NCBI RefSeq assembly: GCF_009914755.1 | Contig: NC_060925.1 | DNA from: the human T2T-CHM13v2.0 reference genome, Homo sapiens | Length of the DNA: 64,000 bases | Strand: one strand, 5' to 3' | In this document: in pieces, positions 1-13,630 of the stretch | Layout: each line of letters opens with the position of its first letter | Position numbering within the stretch: the stretch's first letter is position 1 | The notes under the pieces: generated by a model | The model's input: only the letters and a program-made list of their open reading frames with translations | The model's database searches: none | Told to the model about the DNA's origin: nothing | Made by a program: the position numbers and the translations under genes

Positions 1-1261
1 TACTTATATAAAGATCTGCTTTAACTCGTCAGCCTCTTGTAGCATTAGTTTCTGTTGTCTTTGATTTTTAACTGTTATGCATTGTTGGAACACAGCAGCT
101 GATTTTGAACAGCTCCAAAATGTAACTCAAAATCCTTTTGGCTGAATATATATTTGTGTTTTAACAAACTAAGTCATTAGTGAAGAAATTAGCATTAACA
201 GTCCTCGTTTTGTAATGGATTGGGGCTTGGATCAAATATAGATTGTGACAGCCATAGAGAATTGCCTCTGTATTCTATGATACCTTTGTAAATGTAAAAC
301 TTTGTATTTCTTTTCTAAGAATATTAACTCCATTTGAGATGTATGACCCTTTCCACAGGGTTCCTCTGGGGCCCTTCCCAATACTATGTAACTCTTAGAG
401 GTGATGTTTTCTGTATGTTGGGTCTAATTGGTGTGAATGGGACCCATTCTCATTGTTGACAAGGCAAGCTTGTTCAGAAAACATGAACACAGAGGTACAC
501 ATTTAGCTTTACAAGTTCATGCTAAAATTTCTGATAATGAAATTTATTTTCTCTTCTTTCCTTTTTAAACTTCAAGAAAAGGCATATACTATTTTATATT
601 TTGTGGTGGCTAGTACCTAAAAATACCACGATTTTTAATCCCGTTTTATACATTGTGTTATTTCTGTTTATTTATGTCTTATTTTACATATTTCTCTTAT
701 TTAACAAACTAAGAAATCTTGTGTACTATAAACCTCAAGGAGAATGTCATGATCTCCATGGATTGGGATGCACTGTTGCAGGATTACACTTTCAGTGCCA
801 AGAAGCTTCATAAACTGGCCCTAACCCACCTGTCCCCTCCCCCACTCACTCTGTACATGAGGCACACCAGATATGCCCCACGTTCAAGACTTTACTCATG
901 CACATACTGCCCTTCCTTTCCTGGAAAGCCTGAAAATGGTCATGAACGTATTCTTTAAGGCCCCACCTCTGTGTTGCTTCGTGTACTCCCTCCTTCGGGT
1001 AGCGTTACCGGCTTCCTCTGCTAAACACCACGTCTCAGTTGTTTGCCTTTTCTTCCCTCAACTGTGATGTCTTCATCTTTGGATATTAGTCCCCTCTCCC
1101 AAACACCACCTGTCACCTATCACAGTGCCTTGTAACAGTCACATTGAGCACAGATAATTACATGTTGTACTGAATGCACCTATGTAGAAAAAGGAAGACA
1201 CTGGTCATTGTACACCAATTAATCATGTGTTTTTTTTCCTCTTTCTTTGTTTTATCTTTAG

Positions 1262-1380
1262 GCATTCTGGAAGTTTTACACTGTGTTTTAGTAGAAAGTC
1301 CAGAAGCTCTAAATATTATTAAAGAAGGACATATTAAATCTATTATCTCACTTTTAGACAAACATGGAAGAAATCACAAG
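1262..1380 (+). CDS. RYR2: RYR2 coding exon (probable exon 18, 119 nt; [40 protein letters not shown]; N-terminal solenoid)
   Basis: Acceptor tttatctttag|GC, donor AAG|gtaaat. The peptide matches the recalled RYR2 sequence and the frame continues into the next exon. Confidence 0.97.
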
Positions 1381-1498
1381 GTAAATGAACTATTTTATTT
1401 CCCTGAATGAATTCTCAAATCCTTTTAGATATATTTTTAAATACAATAACTTTTAAAAAGTGTGTCAAATTTTTCATGAGTGTTTTTAATCTCTTAAT

Positions 1499-1787
1499 TA
1501 TTTTTTGAGATGCAGTCGAGCTCTGTCGCCCAGGCTGGAGTGCAGTGGCGCGATCTCAGCCCACTGCAACCTCCGCCTCTAGGGTTCAAGCATTCTCCTG
1601 TCTCAGCCTCTCAAGTAGCTGGGACTACAGGTGCATGCCACCATGCCCGGCTAATTTTTGTATTTTTAGTAGAGACAGGGTTTTACCATATTGGTCAGGC
1701 TGGTCTTGAGCTCCTGACCTCAGGTGATCCACCTGCCTTGGCCTCCCAAAATTCTGGGATTACAGGCATGAGCCACCGCGCCTGGGC
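1499..1787 (-). mobile_element. Alu (AluS-type)
   Basis: Reverse-complement Alu dimer; flanking direct repeat atctcttaat. Confidence 0.93.
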
Positions 1788-2014
1788 TTCATCTCTTAAT
1801 CATGATCAAGTAATATTTTTTAGTGTTTATTCATAGCATCAGTGGGAACATGAACAGTTCTCAATTTATATATGAAGAAAAGTTGGAAAATTAGTGGGAA
1901 ACTACTGTAATGTTTAAATAACTGAGTCAAATGTAACTGGAGGAATGCATTTGCTTTGTAAAAAAGTGCTGCTGATGCTTGATTCTGAAGGGGGAATTCG
2001 AATCAGCTGACAGT

Positions 2015-2389
2015 GACTGCACCCAGTGGCTCATGCCTGTCATTGCAGTAATTGGGGAAGCCAAGATGGGAGGGTTGCTTGAGGCCAGGAGTTTGAGACC
2101 AGCCTGGGTAATATAGCAATACCCTGTCTTTACAAAAAAAGAAAATTAGCCAGATGTGGTGGCATGCACCTACCGAGGCTGAGGTAGGAGGATTCTTTGT
2201 GCCCAGGAGTTCAAGTCTGCAGTGAGCTATGATCGCATCACTGCACTTCAGCCTGGGTGACAGAGTGAGATGCTGTCTGGAAGGAAGGAAGGAAGGAAGG
2301 AAGGAAGGAAGGAAGGAAGGAAGGAAGAAGGGAAGGAAGGAAGGGAGGGAGGGAGGGAGGGAGGGAGGGAAAGCAGGGAGGGAGGGAGG
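2015..2389 (+). mobile_element. Old Alu (AluJ-type) whose tail has become a GGAA/GGGA microsatellite
   Basis: Alu body 2015-2278; TSD atcagctga(c/a)agt at 2002-2014 and 2390-2402. Confidence 0.88.
2279..2389 (+). repeat. (GGAA)n followed by (GGGA)n purine microsatellite
   Basis: 12 uninterrupted GGAA units at 2279-2326, then GGGA runs. Confidence 0.95.
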
Positions 2390-2417
2390 ATCAGCTGAAA
2401 GTAATTTCTCTTTTCAG

Positions 2418-2551
2418 GTTCTGGATGTCTTGTGCTCACTCTGTGTTTGCCACGGGGTTGCAGTCCGTTCTAACCAGCATCTCATCTGTGACAATCTCCT
2501 ACCAGGAAGAGACTTGTTATTGCAGACACGTCTTGTGAACCATGTCAGCAG
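2418..2551 (+). CDS. RYR2: RYR2 coding exon (probable exon 19, 134 nt; [44 protein letters not shown])
   Basis: ttttcag|GTT ... AGCAG|gtaaat; phase 0 to 2. Confidence 0.97.
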
Positions 2552-2889
2552 GTAAATTCAGACAGACAATGTCACCTGACAGGTACCATAATAAAAGAAT
2601 TAATGTTCTTGCCCTGTAGCTGATACTATATGGTCTGTTTTTTAAATTAGACCATATAGTATTATTTTCTGTATTTTTGCAGTGAATAATATGTCTTTTT
2701 CTCTAACAATCAGATGGGCTAATAATAAATGAACCTAGCAAAATATGGATTTGCCGCAAACACATGTATAAGAGCTTTTATTCACATTCCTATGTAGATA
2801 CATAACCATTGGCATCTTCAGGACCACCCTGACAACTGTATAGGTATATGGTTGTATATAATTGTACTTTACATCTTCTTAGAATGTAA

Positions 2890-3215
<326 letters not shown>

Positions 3216-3536
3216 CCTTCAATATCATTTTGAGGTACCTGCTATGTGCAATCAAAAATAGAATGTCCAAAATGTAATAAATTATGCAAATAACCAATAA
3301 AACTACATCTTCAGTTAGATCTGCCTTCCAAGGCACCTAACGTTCATTGAATACCATGTGCCAGCTGTGGCGCTAAGGGCTTTACGTGTATTCTCTACTG
3401 TTTGTGTCTGTGCTTTCCTAGGAACCATGATGATTCACATTTTATAGACGAAAAAACTGGAACTGGAAGTGGAACTTAGATCTAAATCCAGAGACTGAGC
3501 TTATAACCACCGCGCCACACTGCCTTTCTTATCCCC

Positions 3537-4085
3537 TGTATTAGTCAGGCTTCTCTAGAGGCACAGGGCGAATAGGATAGCTGTATATATGAAAGGGAGT
3601 TTATTAAGGAGCATTGACTCACATGATCACCAGGTGAAGTCCCACAAAAAGCCGTCTGCAAGCTGAGGAACAAGGACGCCCGTCTGAGTCCCAAAACCTC
3701 AAAAGTAGGGAGGCCAGAAGTGCAGCCTTCAGCCTGTGGCTGAAGGCCCGAGAGCCCCTGGCAAACCACTGCTAAGTCCAAGAGTCCAAAAGCTGAAGAA
3801 CTTGGGAGTCCAATGTTCAAGGGCAGAAAGCACCCAGCACGGGAGAAAGATGAAGGATGGAAAACTCAACCAGTCTAGTCTTTCTGCGTCCCTCTGTCTG
3901 CTTTTATTCTAGCTGTGCTGGCAGCTGATTAGATGGTGCCCACCCAGATTGAGGATGGGTCGGCCTCTCCCAGCCCACTGACTCAAATGTTAATCTCGTT
4001 TGGCAACCCCCTCACAGACACACCCAGGAACAATACTTTGCATCCTTCAATCCAATCAAGTTGACACTCAGTATGAACCATCACA
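3537..4085 (-). mobile_element. Solo ERVL LTR, MLT2A-type (likely MLT2A2)
   Basis: TG...CA termini (tgtattagtcagg ... aaccatcaca); 5-bp TSD TCCCC; matches the recalled MLT2A consensus in reverse. Confidence 0.85.
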
Positions 4086-4257
4086 TCCCTCAAATGAACA
4101 CATAAATAAATGATAAGAAATAACGGCTTACAATCAACAAAACGCTGTGTGTGATAGTAGTAACATTGACATACTGTATCTAGCAGCTAGCCTGGAGAAA
4201 CTGATAACTTCCTCCTGTTTTAAACAGAAATGTGGGGTTTGTTGTGTATTTCTATGA

Positions 4258-4552
<295 letters not shown>

Positions 4553-5586
4553 AATGTGTTTTTTAAAAATATATAATATACATATATACTTATTGCATAT
4601 TCACTCTATGGCAAAGACTTTACATTTATTCTATTATTCAATCCTCATAAGATGCTTAAATTTATAGATGTTTACCAGTCCATTTTCCAGGAGGATAAAT
4701 GGAGGATGAGCAAGGTTTCATAACTAGTGCCGGGTCACAGAGCTAGCAAATGGATGGTCAAATTTTCTCTCTTGACTCAGAAACCCATGGTCTTCCAACT
4801 GCGCTTCCAACCACACTGTGCTGGAAAAATGGAAATTGTTAGGAAATGGATACAGCTGGTTTTTTTCTTTCGCTCCTTTTGAGGAGCTCCTTTTTAAAAT
4901 AAATCAATTACATATTAAATTATGTTACCTCTGCTGAGCTAGGAAGCAAAGTCCAAGCACCTTCTATGTTTTTGTTTGTTTGTTTGTTTTACAGTATTGA
5001 TTTAAGATTTCCTTCATGATTCTTTATATAACAGACCTGCCGTTTATGAGTGATATGTTCTGAGACCTTCATTCATTTCTACCTAGTATTACCATAGGGT
5101 ATATGTCCACTCCTAAAATGGAATTAAATACAACTTACTGTTGTATTTTTTCTGTTCACAGTGAGGCATAATGAACAACAAAGCTTATTAATCACCTTGG
5201 TTCCTTCATAAACAACATGACCTACCTCAGCCCCATGCCCCATGTGACACAAAGCTTAGCTTAGGAAAATTTCTCCATGTCCGGAATTCCCAATAACTCC
5301 ATTAATTCTAAAAGTCTGCTCTGAGTGTCTCAGTTTATGACATAAATATGATTAATGATACACAACATGCTGAAGAGGAATTAAGACAAAATAACATTAG
5401 TTCCTTGGGTGACACTGCCAAGAAATCTCAGAAGCAAAACTGCTGATGGAATGTTCACAGTGAAGCTGGCTTTCTCTGTGTACTACCTCAGTGGTAGTTT
5501 TAATAATTTTTTAGTAATTAAGGAAATATATATTTAATATGTGGCATCTTAGAGAAGCATGACTAATGTTTAAAATAGTGAGATGT

Positions 5587-5880
5587 GGCTGGGCACGGTG
5601 GCTCATGCCTGTTATTCCAGCACTTGGGAGGTCGAGGCAGGAGGATCACTTGAGCTCAGAAGTTTGATACCATCCTGGGCAACATAGCAAGATCTCATCT
5701 CTACTAAAAATAAAAAAGAAAATTAGTTGGGCGTGGTGGCACTCGCCTTTAGTGCCAGTTATTCAGGAGGCTGAGGTGGGAGGATTCCTTGAGCCTGGGA
5801 GATGGTGGCTGCAATAAACTATGATTGCACTACTGCGCTTCAGCCTAGGCAACAGAGCAAGACTCTGTCTCAATAAAATT
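5587..5880 (+). mobile_element. Alu (AluJ-type)
   Basis: ggctgggcacggtggctca... ending about 95 nt upstream of exon 20. Confidence 0.92.
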
Positions 5881-5974
5881 AAATGAAATACACAAGTGAA
5901 ATTGTGAGATGTAAATGAAAACAATGAAAGGTTTTTTTGGACTTTCCTTACATGTGATTCCCGTCTCTTTAAAG

Positions 5975-6216
5975 CATGAGACCCAATATTTTTCTGGGCG
6001 TCAGTGAAGGTTCTGCTCAGTATAAGAAATGGTACTATGAATTGATGGTGGACCACACAGAGCCCTTTGTGACAGCTGAAGCAACTCACCTGCGAGTGGG
6101 CTGGGCTTCCACTGAAGGATATTCTCCCTACCCTGGAGGGGGCGAAGAGTGGGGTGGAAATGGTGTTGGAGATGATCTCTTCTCCTATGGATTTGATGGC
6201 CTTCATCTCTGGTCAG
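5975..6216 (+). CDS. RYR2: RYR2 coding exon (probable exon 20, 242 nt; MRPNIFLG...GLHLWS; SPRY1 domain including the FKBP-contacting PFVTAE hairpin)
   Basis: tttaaag|CATG ... TCAG|gtacgt; phase 2 to 1; SPRY motif LRVGWA...[13 protein letters not shown]. Confidence 0.97.
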
Positions 6217-7323
6217 GTACGTACTATCCATTTTCTTTCACCGTGTTCCAGAAGATCTTTTGCTGGGCATTTCTGAAAGCTATTGGTGCTGCTTCCATTA
6301 GGTACTTCTATAGGGTATTAATTATTCAGAAATTTAGCATTGAGATGATGAGTAAGAGTGTTGAGGAACAAGCAGTATTTCACTAGGGGAAAAAGAAAAT
6401 ACTTAAAATTATAGTACATTTCCAAGGGACTGCCGAGCTTGTGAACAATGCTGTGTATTTAAAGAGTAGATTTAAATAAGAGTGTATTGCTTAGGAACAA
6501 TACTGTGTATTTAAAGAGTGCATTCCGAAGCATGAATGAACTGCAAGAAACTTGTGAGTTTTCTGCTTTAATTGGTATGTTTAAAGCTTTAGTTGCCAAC
6601 ATAAAAGAACAAAAAACAAATCTTGGAAAATAATGGGAAGAAATAGACTAAGTTCAGCCTTCTGTTAGATAATGTAATGGTGGGAAATCAATAATTTGTA
6701 AAGTGTGGTATGAGGACTCAGATCATAACAAATGACACTTTGTTTCAGAAGTATAAAATGGTTTAAAAATAAAGGAATAGGTCATTTCACCAGCTACCAA
6801 CTCTTAGCTTTGATGGTTGAGTATATATTAAAAATGAATACTTTATATTAAAAAATAATATTCTTTTCTCTGATTCATGAAGAAGTAGAGTTTGGTTAGC
6901 TCCATTTAAAAGCTTAGCTCTTGATTATGTAGATTTTTTAGATGTTAAAATTCATCTGGATTCTGCAGACATAAGCTTATATTAATAAAGCTGCATTTGG
7001 AATATAGTCCTGGTATGATCTTGGCATAGTTTATAAATTATTTAGCATATGGAAGATGCAGAAAGTTACCTTAAGTTATAAAGCTGAACTTTGCCTCATG
7101 TGGAGTACAAATGATAGACATTTATGAATGCTTTATGGGCCTAAAACTTATGAAAAATAAGAAATAAGTTGAACTACACCTAAGATTTTATGCTAATGAG
7201 TTTATATCTAAAAGCATTCCATGTAGTTGTATCTAACAATGATACTTACTGAATTCTTTCTTCATTGAGTGCCAATAGCTCAGTTGTCTAGACGAGAGGA
7301 AGCTGTATTTTGATTTTTTGTGA

Positions 7324-7629
<306 letters not shown>

Positions 7630-10174
7630 TCAATTTTTAATTTTTGTGAGTACATAAAAGGTATATATATATTTATGGGGTTGAAGCTGTGTTTTGCATA
7701 TTTCATCTAACCTCTGAGGAATGTGGTTGGAGTCCTCACAGTACTGTAGACTGCTTTGTACAAAGGCGACCTGTGCCAGCCAGACCATAGTCACAGTGCC
7801 TTGTTCCCACAGGAAAATTGTCCTGCTGACCAAGCAGAGAGAAAGAGCCCTAACTTCAGAAGACCTATTAAACACAAAATAGGGCTAAAGTCCATGTTAT
7901 AAAACATTTGAACTATAATCCTTTAGATACTATTACCCCCTCTCTCCCTAGCTCCTAGTATTGCTCTGCAGGAAATAAGTACTCAAATGAATAAATGAAG
8001 CACGTGGACTTGTTTTCCCATTACACAGAGATTAGATGAAAAAAAAAAAACATTGATCGACAATGCCAAGTTGCTTTCATTTAGTCTCTCCATACAATAA
8101 CATATTTTACTATTTTTGTTTTGTATTCAATTTGAAGCTTTTTCTTTCGATACATTAAAAGTACCTGGTTCTTATGGAATTGAATTGTATGCGTTATACC
8201 TTTTATTACAAAGTATCTGTTCAGTAGAACAATAAGAACAACAAAAAAAAATTTAGTGAATCTGTGGACATGTACCAGAAAGGACGATAGGCAGTGGAAT
8301 TTCAGGAGAAAAGCATCTTGAAATTTTATTCATTTTTTTTAAATGGCAAGAAAATACGTATCATATCAGGCCTACAGTTGAAAAGTATTTTCTCTTAAGC
8401 CACTGGGAGTCTATTAAATGCTTTGCTGATTTTAGATTCGTAATTAATGAAGACAAATCTAAATTAGTTGGAATGTGAGTTATGAAGCTCGAATTCATAG
8501 TAACAGATAACCTTCTTGGGGGTCGTTCTCCTGTTTTCTTCTTAATGGTTGATGTACAATTTGAAGTATCAAATATCAGTGATTTCCAGGATAGAGCACC
8601 TTCTCTGCCACTTAACATTTTGTAATTGGAGAGTGGCAGTATTTCTCGGAACAAGGATTGGGCTCATAAGCAAAAGTTTTTAGCTATGTCTTCATTTCTT
8701 CTCTTCAATTTAAACTTTGCGGTGTTGCTACACTTCCTCTCTGTCAATGCAGAACTGGATTTTGGGAATCCAGGTCCCAGGTGTTTGAGAGGACCAAAAG
8801 TATAAAAAAATCTTGGTGCTTTGAGAGAATTTAAATATAGAAGTAGTGTGGAGGAATGTACAGGAAAGATGGGTACAGGTTTCTAATAGAGGGTCTATAA
8901 AGCTATCGTATCCCTCCAAGTGAAAAATATATTTGATTATAATAGATATCGTGTAAATAACATCGCTATTAGCTACAGATCATGGTACAAACAAGAAACT
9001 AGACCTTTTTCTGCATTGCTTTTATATGACTTTTTTAAAAAGCTGCCTTTATTATATTCAGGGAATTCTAGAAGAGACACTTGATAGTGAATTTATTGCC
9101 TGTGGATTTGAATATTGGTAAAATAGAAAGTGTCCACATTAAAAAAAAAATAGGTATTCTCTACTACTGGCATTTCAGATATGTCCTTGGTAGAGATATT
9201 GGCATGCTAGAAATAAAAAGAATTATTAAAAATACAAAGCATGTATCACAAAGTCTATTTTTGTCTTTGCTCAAGTTGAAGGTTTTGTTTATGTTTATGA
9301 GCATGTGTGTTTGGGAGAACCTTACCTTCTTTTCTTTCATTGTGCAGTGAGAAGCAGATGCTCTCGGGACGAATTAGCAAAGGAGTTCTTCGAATCAGGA
9401 ATGGGCTTAGACCATAGGTTGGTCTTGCCGGGGCAATAAATAACATTTATCCAATATCATTTTCACACCTCCAGTTATATCCTGCTTTACTTAAGAAGCC
9501 AACCAAGATCTTGTGTGAAATAAATGAAAAACTATAGGCCAATTGGCCTATAGTTGTCTCACAATAAGCAACGTGCTGCAGGAATGAATGATCATATTTT
9601 CTGCTTTCGTTATCTTTATGTATTTTTATTTTAAATTGATAGAATGAAGGGAGTTTAGCATTTGAAAAAGGGACTGACATGAAGTACCTGCTGTGCCTGA
9701 GACTCTGTTACTTGTAAAACATTAATCGTCAAAATAACTAAACAAGGTGATGGTACTTGGTGTTCTGTTTATAAGACATCCAAATTAAGAGAGGTTAAGT
9801 AATTTGGTTATGGTCTTACAAGTAGTAGATGGTAAGGTAGCTATTTGAAGTCCCTGGAGATGTTCCTTTGACATCATTATATAATCTGCTCATAGATAAT
9901 TTCTGGATCAGTTGCCATCCGTCTACATGCAGAAGTTTCTGTGTATCAGAAGGTCCATTTTACAACATAAGTAGCAGCCTGACTCCTGAAATAATCTTTT
10001 TATTTTTTTGACAAAGAGTTTAACATGTAACATGCGTTTACATTCAAGATTTATTCCTTCTGATGTTGTGCATTGGTTTGTCACTACTTATTCAAATCTT
10101 TTGACTTTGGCTCTGAAGCTGATTCTCTGAGATAAAAAAATACATGACCTTCCTTAATGTTTTCCCCCCAATAG

Positions 10175-10367
10175 GTTGTATTGCTCGTACTGTAAGCTCA
10201 CCAAACCAACATCTGTTAAGAACTGATGATGTCATCAGTTGCTGTTTAGATCTGAGTGCCCCAAGCATCTCGTTCCGAATTAATGGACAACCTGTTCAAG
10301 GAATGTTTGAGAATTTCAACATCGATGGCCTCTTCTTTCCAGTCGTTAGTTTCTCTGCAGGAATAAA
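10175..10367 (+). CDS. RYR2: RYR2 coding exon (probable exon 21, 193 nt; GCIARTVSS...SFSAGIK; SPRY1)
   Basis: ccccaatag|GT ... ATAAA|gttagt; phase 1 to 2; DVISCCLDL and [11 protein letters not shown] motifs. Confidence 0.97.
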
Positions 10368-11324
10368 GTTAGTATGTCTATGTTTTTTGGTCTCTTTCCT
10401 TTCTCATTTCTCATACCTCCACAGAAGACTCTGCACTGCCATTGCCCTTCTTCTCTAACCATTGTTTGTCTCTCCTGGGCACCTGTCCTCTGCGCATTTT
10501 GCCTGTGCCTTGAAGGAGGAGGTAAGCCTCACCTAAGATGGGCATCCTGCAAGGCTGAATGCTTTGTTTACGGATCCCACAGTGTTTAGATGTGGGCAGT
10601 CTCCCTCAAACCAGGGTCCTGAACTATTTCAAGGTGTTTTTTTTTTTTTTTTTAGTTCATTTATTTAGATGAAATGAGCAAGGCTGTTTTAAAAAATACT
10701 GCTTATTTTCTTATATTTTCATTCATTTTCCTTTTTTAAGACATAGTTCCTCACCCCATTGCACACCCTCTTATTTCAATAGAAATTAAATATCCTTTTT
10801 GTTGATGAGGCCCAGATGGCTTTCTTCAGTGTTCCTCTCCACCTTTATTCTCTTTATTCCTTTATTCTCTGCCCATGGTCAATGGTGCCAAGATGGTTTC
10901 CTCACACTCTTTCCTTTTTTGCTATTACCAGAGGGAAACAAATTAAAGTGATAATCCATTGTAGTTCTGCAAATGAAACTTTAATAAATGATGGTCTGTT
11001 ATAATAAGTAACTACTCTGTCACTTATTTTTATACACACACACACCTGTACACTTAGAAGGACTCCATTTGTTTCAGTTATTCTTTTAGTTATAATTCTC
11101 CCAGGAATAATTCCTAGTTACAAAAGCATCATATTGAAGAAGAAACAGAGTAATCATGAATATTAGCTATCCACGTACCAGTTACTTTTTCTGATGTATT
11201 TATACAAATTATGTTTCTATAAGCTTCTGGAATGTTTTAACATTTTTATTTTTCCTCACTTTTCTTTGCTTTTCTTTATTTTTTTGGACTGGACCTGATA
11301 CACAAATTAGAAAAAGAATTATGG

Positions 11325-11635
11325 ACAGGTGCAGTAGTTTGCACCTGTAATCCCAGCACTTTGGGAGGCCGAGGTGGAAGGATTGCTTAAGGTCAGGAGT
11401 TTGTGACCAGCCTGGTCAACACAGTGAGACCCTATCTCTGCAAAAGTTTTGTTTTGTTTTGTTTTGTTTCTTTAGTTAGCACCTAGTTTTGTATGCCTGT
11501 AGTCTTAGCTACCCGGGAGGCTGAGTTGGGAGGATCACTTGAACCCAGGAGCTGGAGGCTGTAGTAACCTGTGACTGTGTCACTGCACCCCTGCCTGAAC
11601 AACAGAGTGAGACCTTGACACACACAAAAAAAGAA
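11325..11635 (+). mobile_element. Alu (AluJ-type)
   Basis: Diverged dimer; middle linker converted to (TTTTG)n; TSD aaaaagaatta. Confidence 0.9.
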
Positions 11636-11879
11636 TTACGAGGAAAATGAAAAATTTAAATTTATTTTTGTAAACCCGAGGGCCCCAGGAAATATATATC
11701 ATTTAACTGTTTCAAAAAGTGTTTTTCAATGGAACTCAGATTAAAATAGTTTTGCTTAAATGAGCAGAATGTATAAAAGATTTTAGTAAGTTCTTTTTCG
11801 TTGTTGAGATTGATAAACAATTAGCGATAAGGTTACCTGCTTTCTTCAAGTTGAAGTGACATCAGAATCTCCTTTAAAG

Positions 11880-12233
11880 CAGCAGTCCCCAACCTTTTTG
11901 GCCTTAGGCACCGCTTTTGTGGAAGACAATTTTTCTACGGGCCAGGGCTGGGGTTGAAGGTGGGGATGGTTTCAGGATGAAACTGTTCCAGCTCAGATCA
12001 TCAGGCCTTAGTTCGATTCTCATAGGGAATGAGCAACCCAGATCCCTCACAGACACAGTTCACAATAGGGTTCGCACTCCTATGAAAATCTAAGGCCACT
12101 GCTGATCTCACAGGGGGCAGAGCTCAGGCGGTAATGCTCTCTTGCCCACACAGCTCACCTCCTCCCTTGTGCAGCCTGGTTCCTAACAGGCCGCGGACTG
12201 GTACCTGTCGTGGCCTGGGGGTTGGGGCCCCTG
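11880..12233 (-). mobile_element. MER1B hAT-Charlie MITE
   Basis: TIRs cagcagtccccaacc ... ggttggggcccctg; degenerate 8-bp TSD ctttaaag/cttcagag. Confidence 0.85.
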
Positions 12234-12752
12234 CTTCAGAGAATTTCATTAGGAAATTGGACATTGAAAAGTGACCAAGAAAGTGAAAAAAGAATCTAAA
12301 AAAAAAAAAAGAAAAGAAAAGTGACTGGTTTTTCCCCTCATTCCTTGTTAAATCCTGTAATTTTAAGCATATAGATATTTAGATCAGGTCTTTTCTTTAT
12401 CTTTCGGTACTTTGGGACTTTAAGTGACCAGTTATTACGGACATGCACTTCATTCCCGTAAGAATGTGGTGCATGTGCTTTTGGTTACTTCTCCAGCAGG
12501 TGATGTCTTCACTGACCCATTAATTAACTTAAGCAGGTTTTCTCTTTTGATGAATATGATGTCCTCATGTTTTACCTTTTACAATTAGAGGCCCTTGAAT
12601 TCTAAGGTGATCACATTATGATGGTACGTAGGGGAAAATGTGGCTTCTGATAAAATACTTTTGTACTAACAATTTTTCCCTAAGATTTTGTGAATTAGAA
12701 AACTTTAATGTACACCAGAGATAAAATTGACTCTAACGTGCATCCTCTTTAG

Positions 12753-12969
12753 AGTACGCTTTCTGCTTGGAGGGCGACATGGAGAATTCAAATTTCTTCC
12801 TCCACCTGGGTATGCTCCTTGTTATGAAGCTGTTCTGCCAAAAGAAAAGTTGAAAGTGGAACACAGCCGAGAGTACAAGCAAGAAAGAACTTACACACGC
12901 GACCTGCTGGGCCCCACAGTTTCCCTGACGCAAGCTGCCTTCACACCCATCCCTGTGGATACCAGCCAG
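12753..12969 (+). CDS. RYR2: RYR2 coding exon (probable exon 22, 217 nt; [20 protein letters not shown]...PVDTSQ)
   Basis: cctctttag|AGTA ... AGCCAG|gtacca; phase 2 to 0. Confidence 0.97.
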
Positions 12970-13102
12970 GTACCAAGATCCACTCGAATGGCAATCACTG
13001 GTATTGCAGTCATGCTGATACACAGTGGCTTTACACTTGGACCACAACCCATAGGAACGAATTTCACAGTAATACAGTTGTACAGTTGACATGTAGGACT
13101 GA

Positions 13103-13511
<409 letters not shown>

Positions 13512-13630
13512 TGATTCCCTAATGTACGAACAGATTACAACCTGAGGTGTTAAAAACACTGTTCAAGGTTGTCTTTAAAGTTTTATTAAAATAATTAATA
13601 TTACTTAGTTTATAAAGTGCATATTATACT

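Noticed and set aside
5976-6386. ATG-initiated 136-aa ORF as a separate gene
   Set aside because: The ATG is an internal Met at the start of exon 20, and the extension is intron read-through past the donor at 6216.
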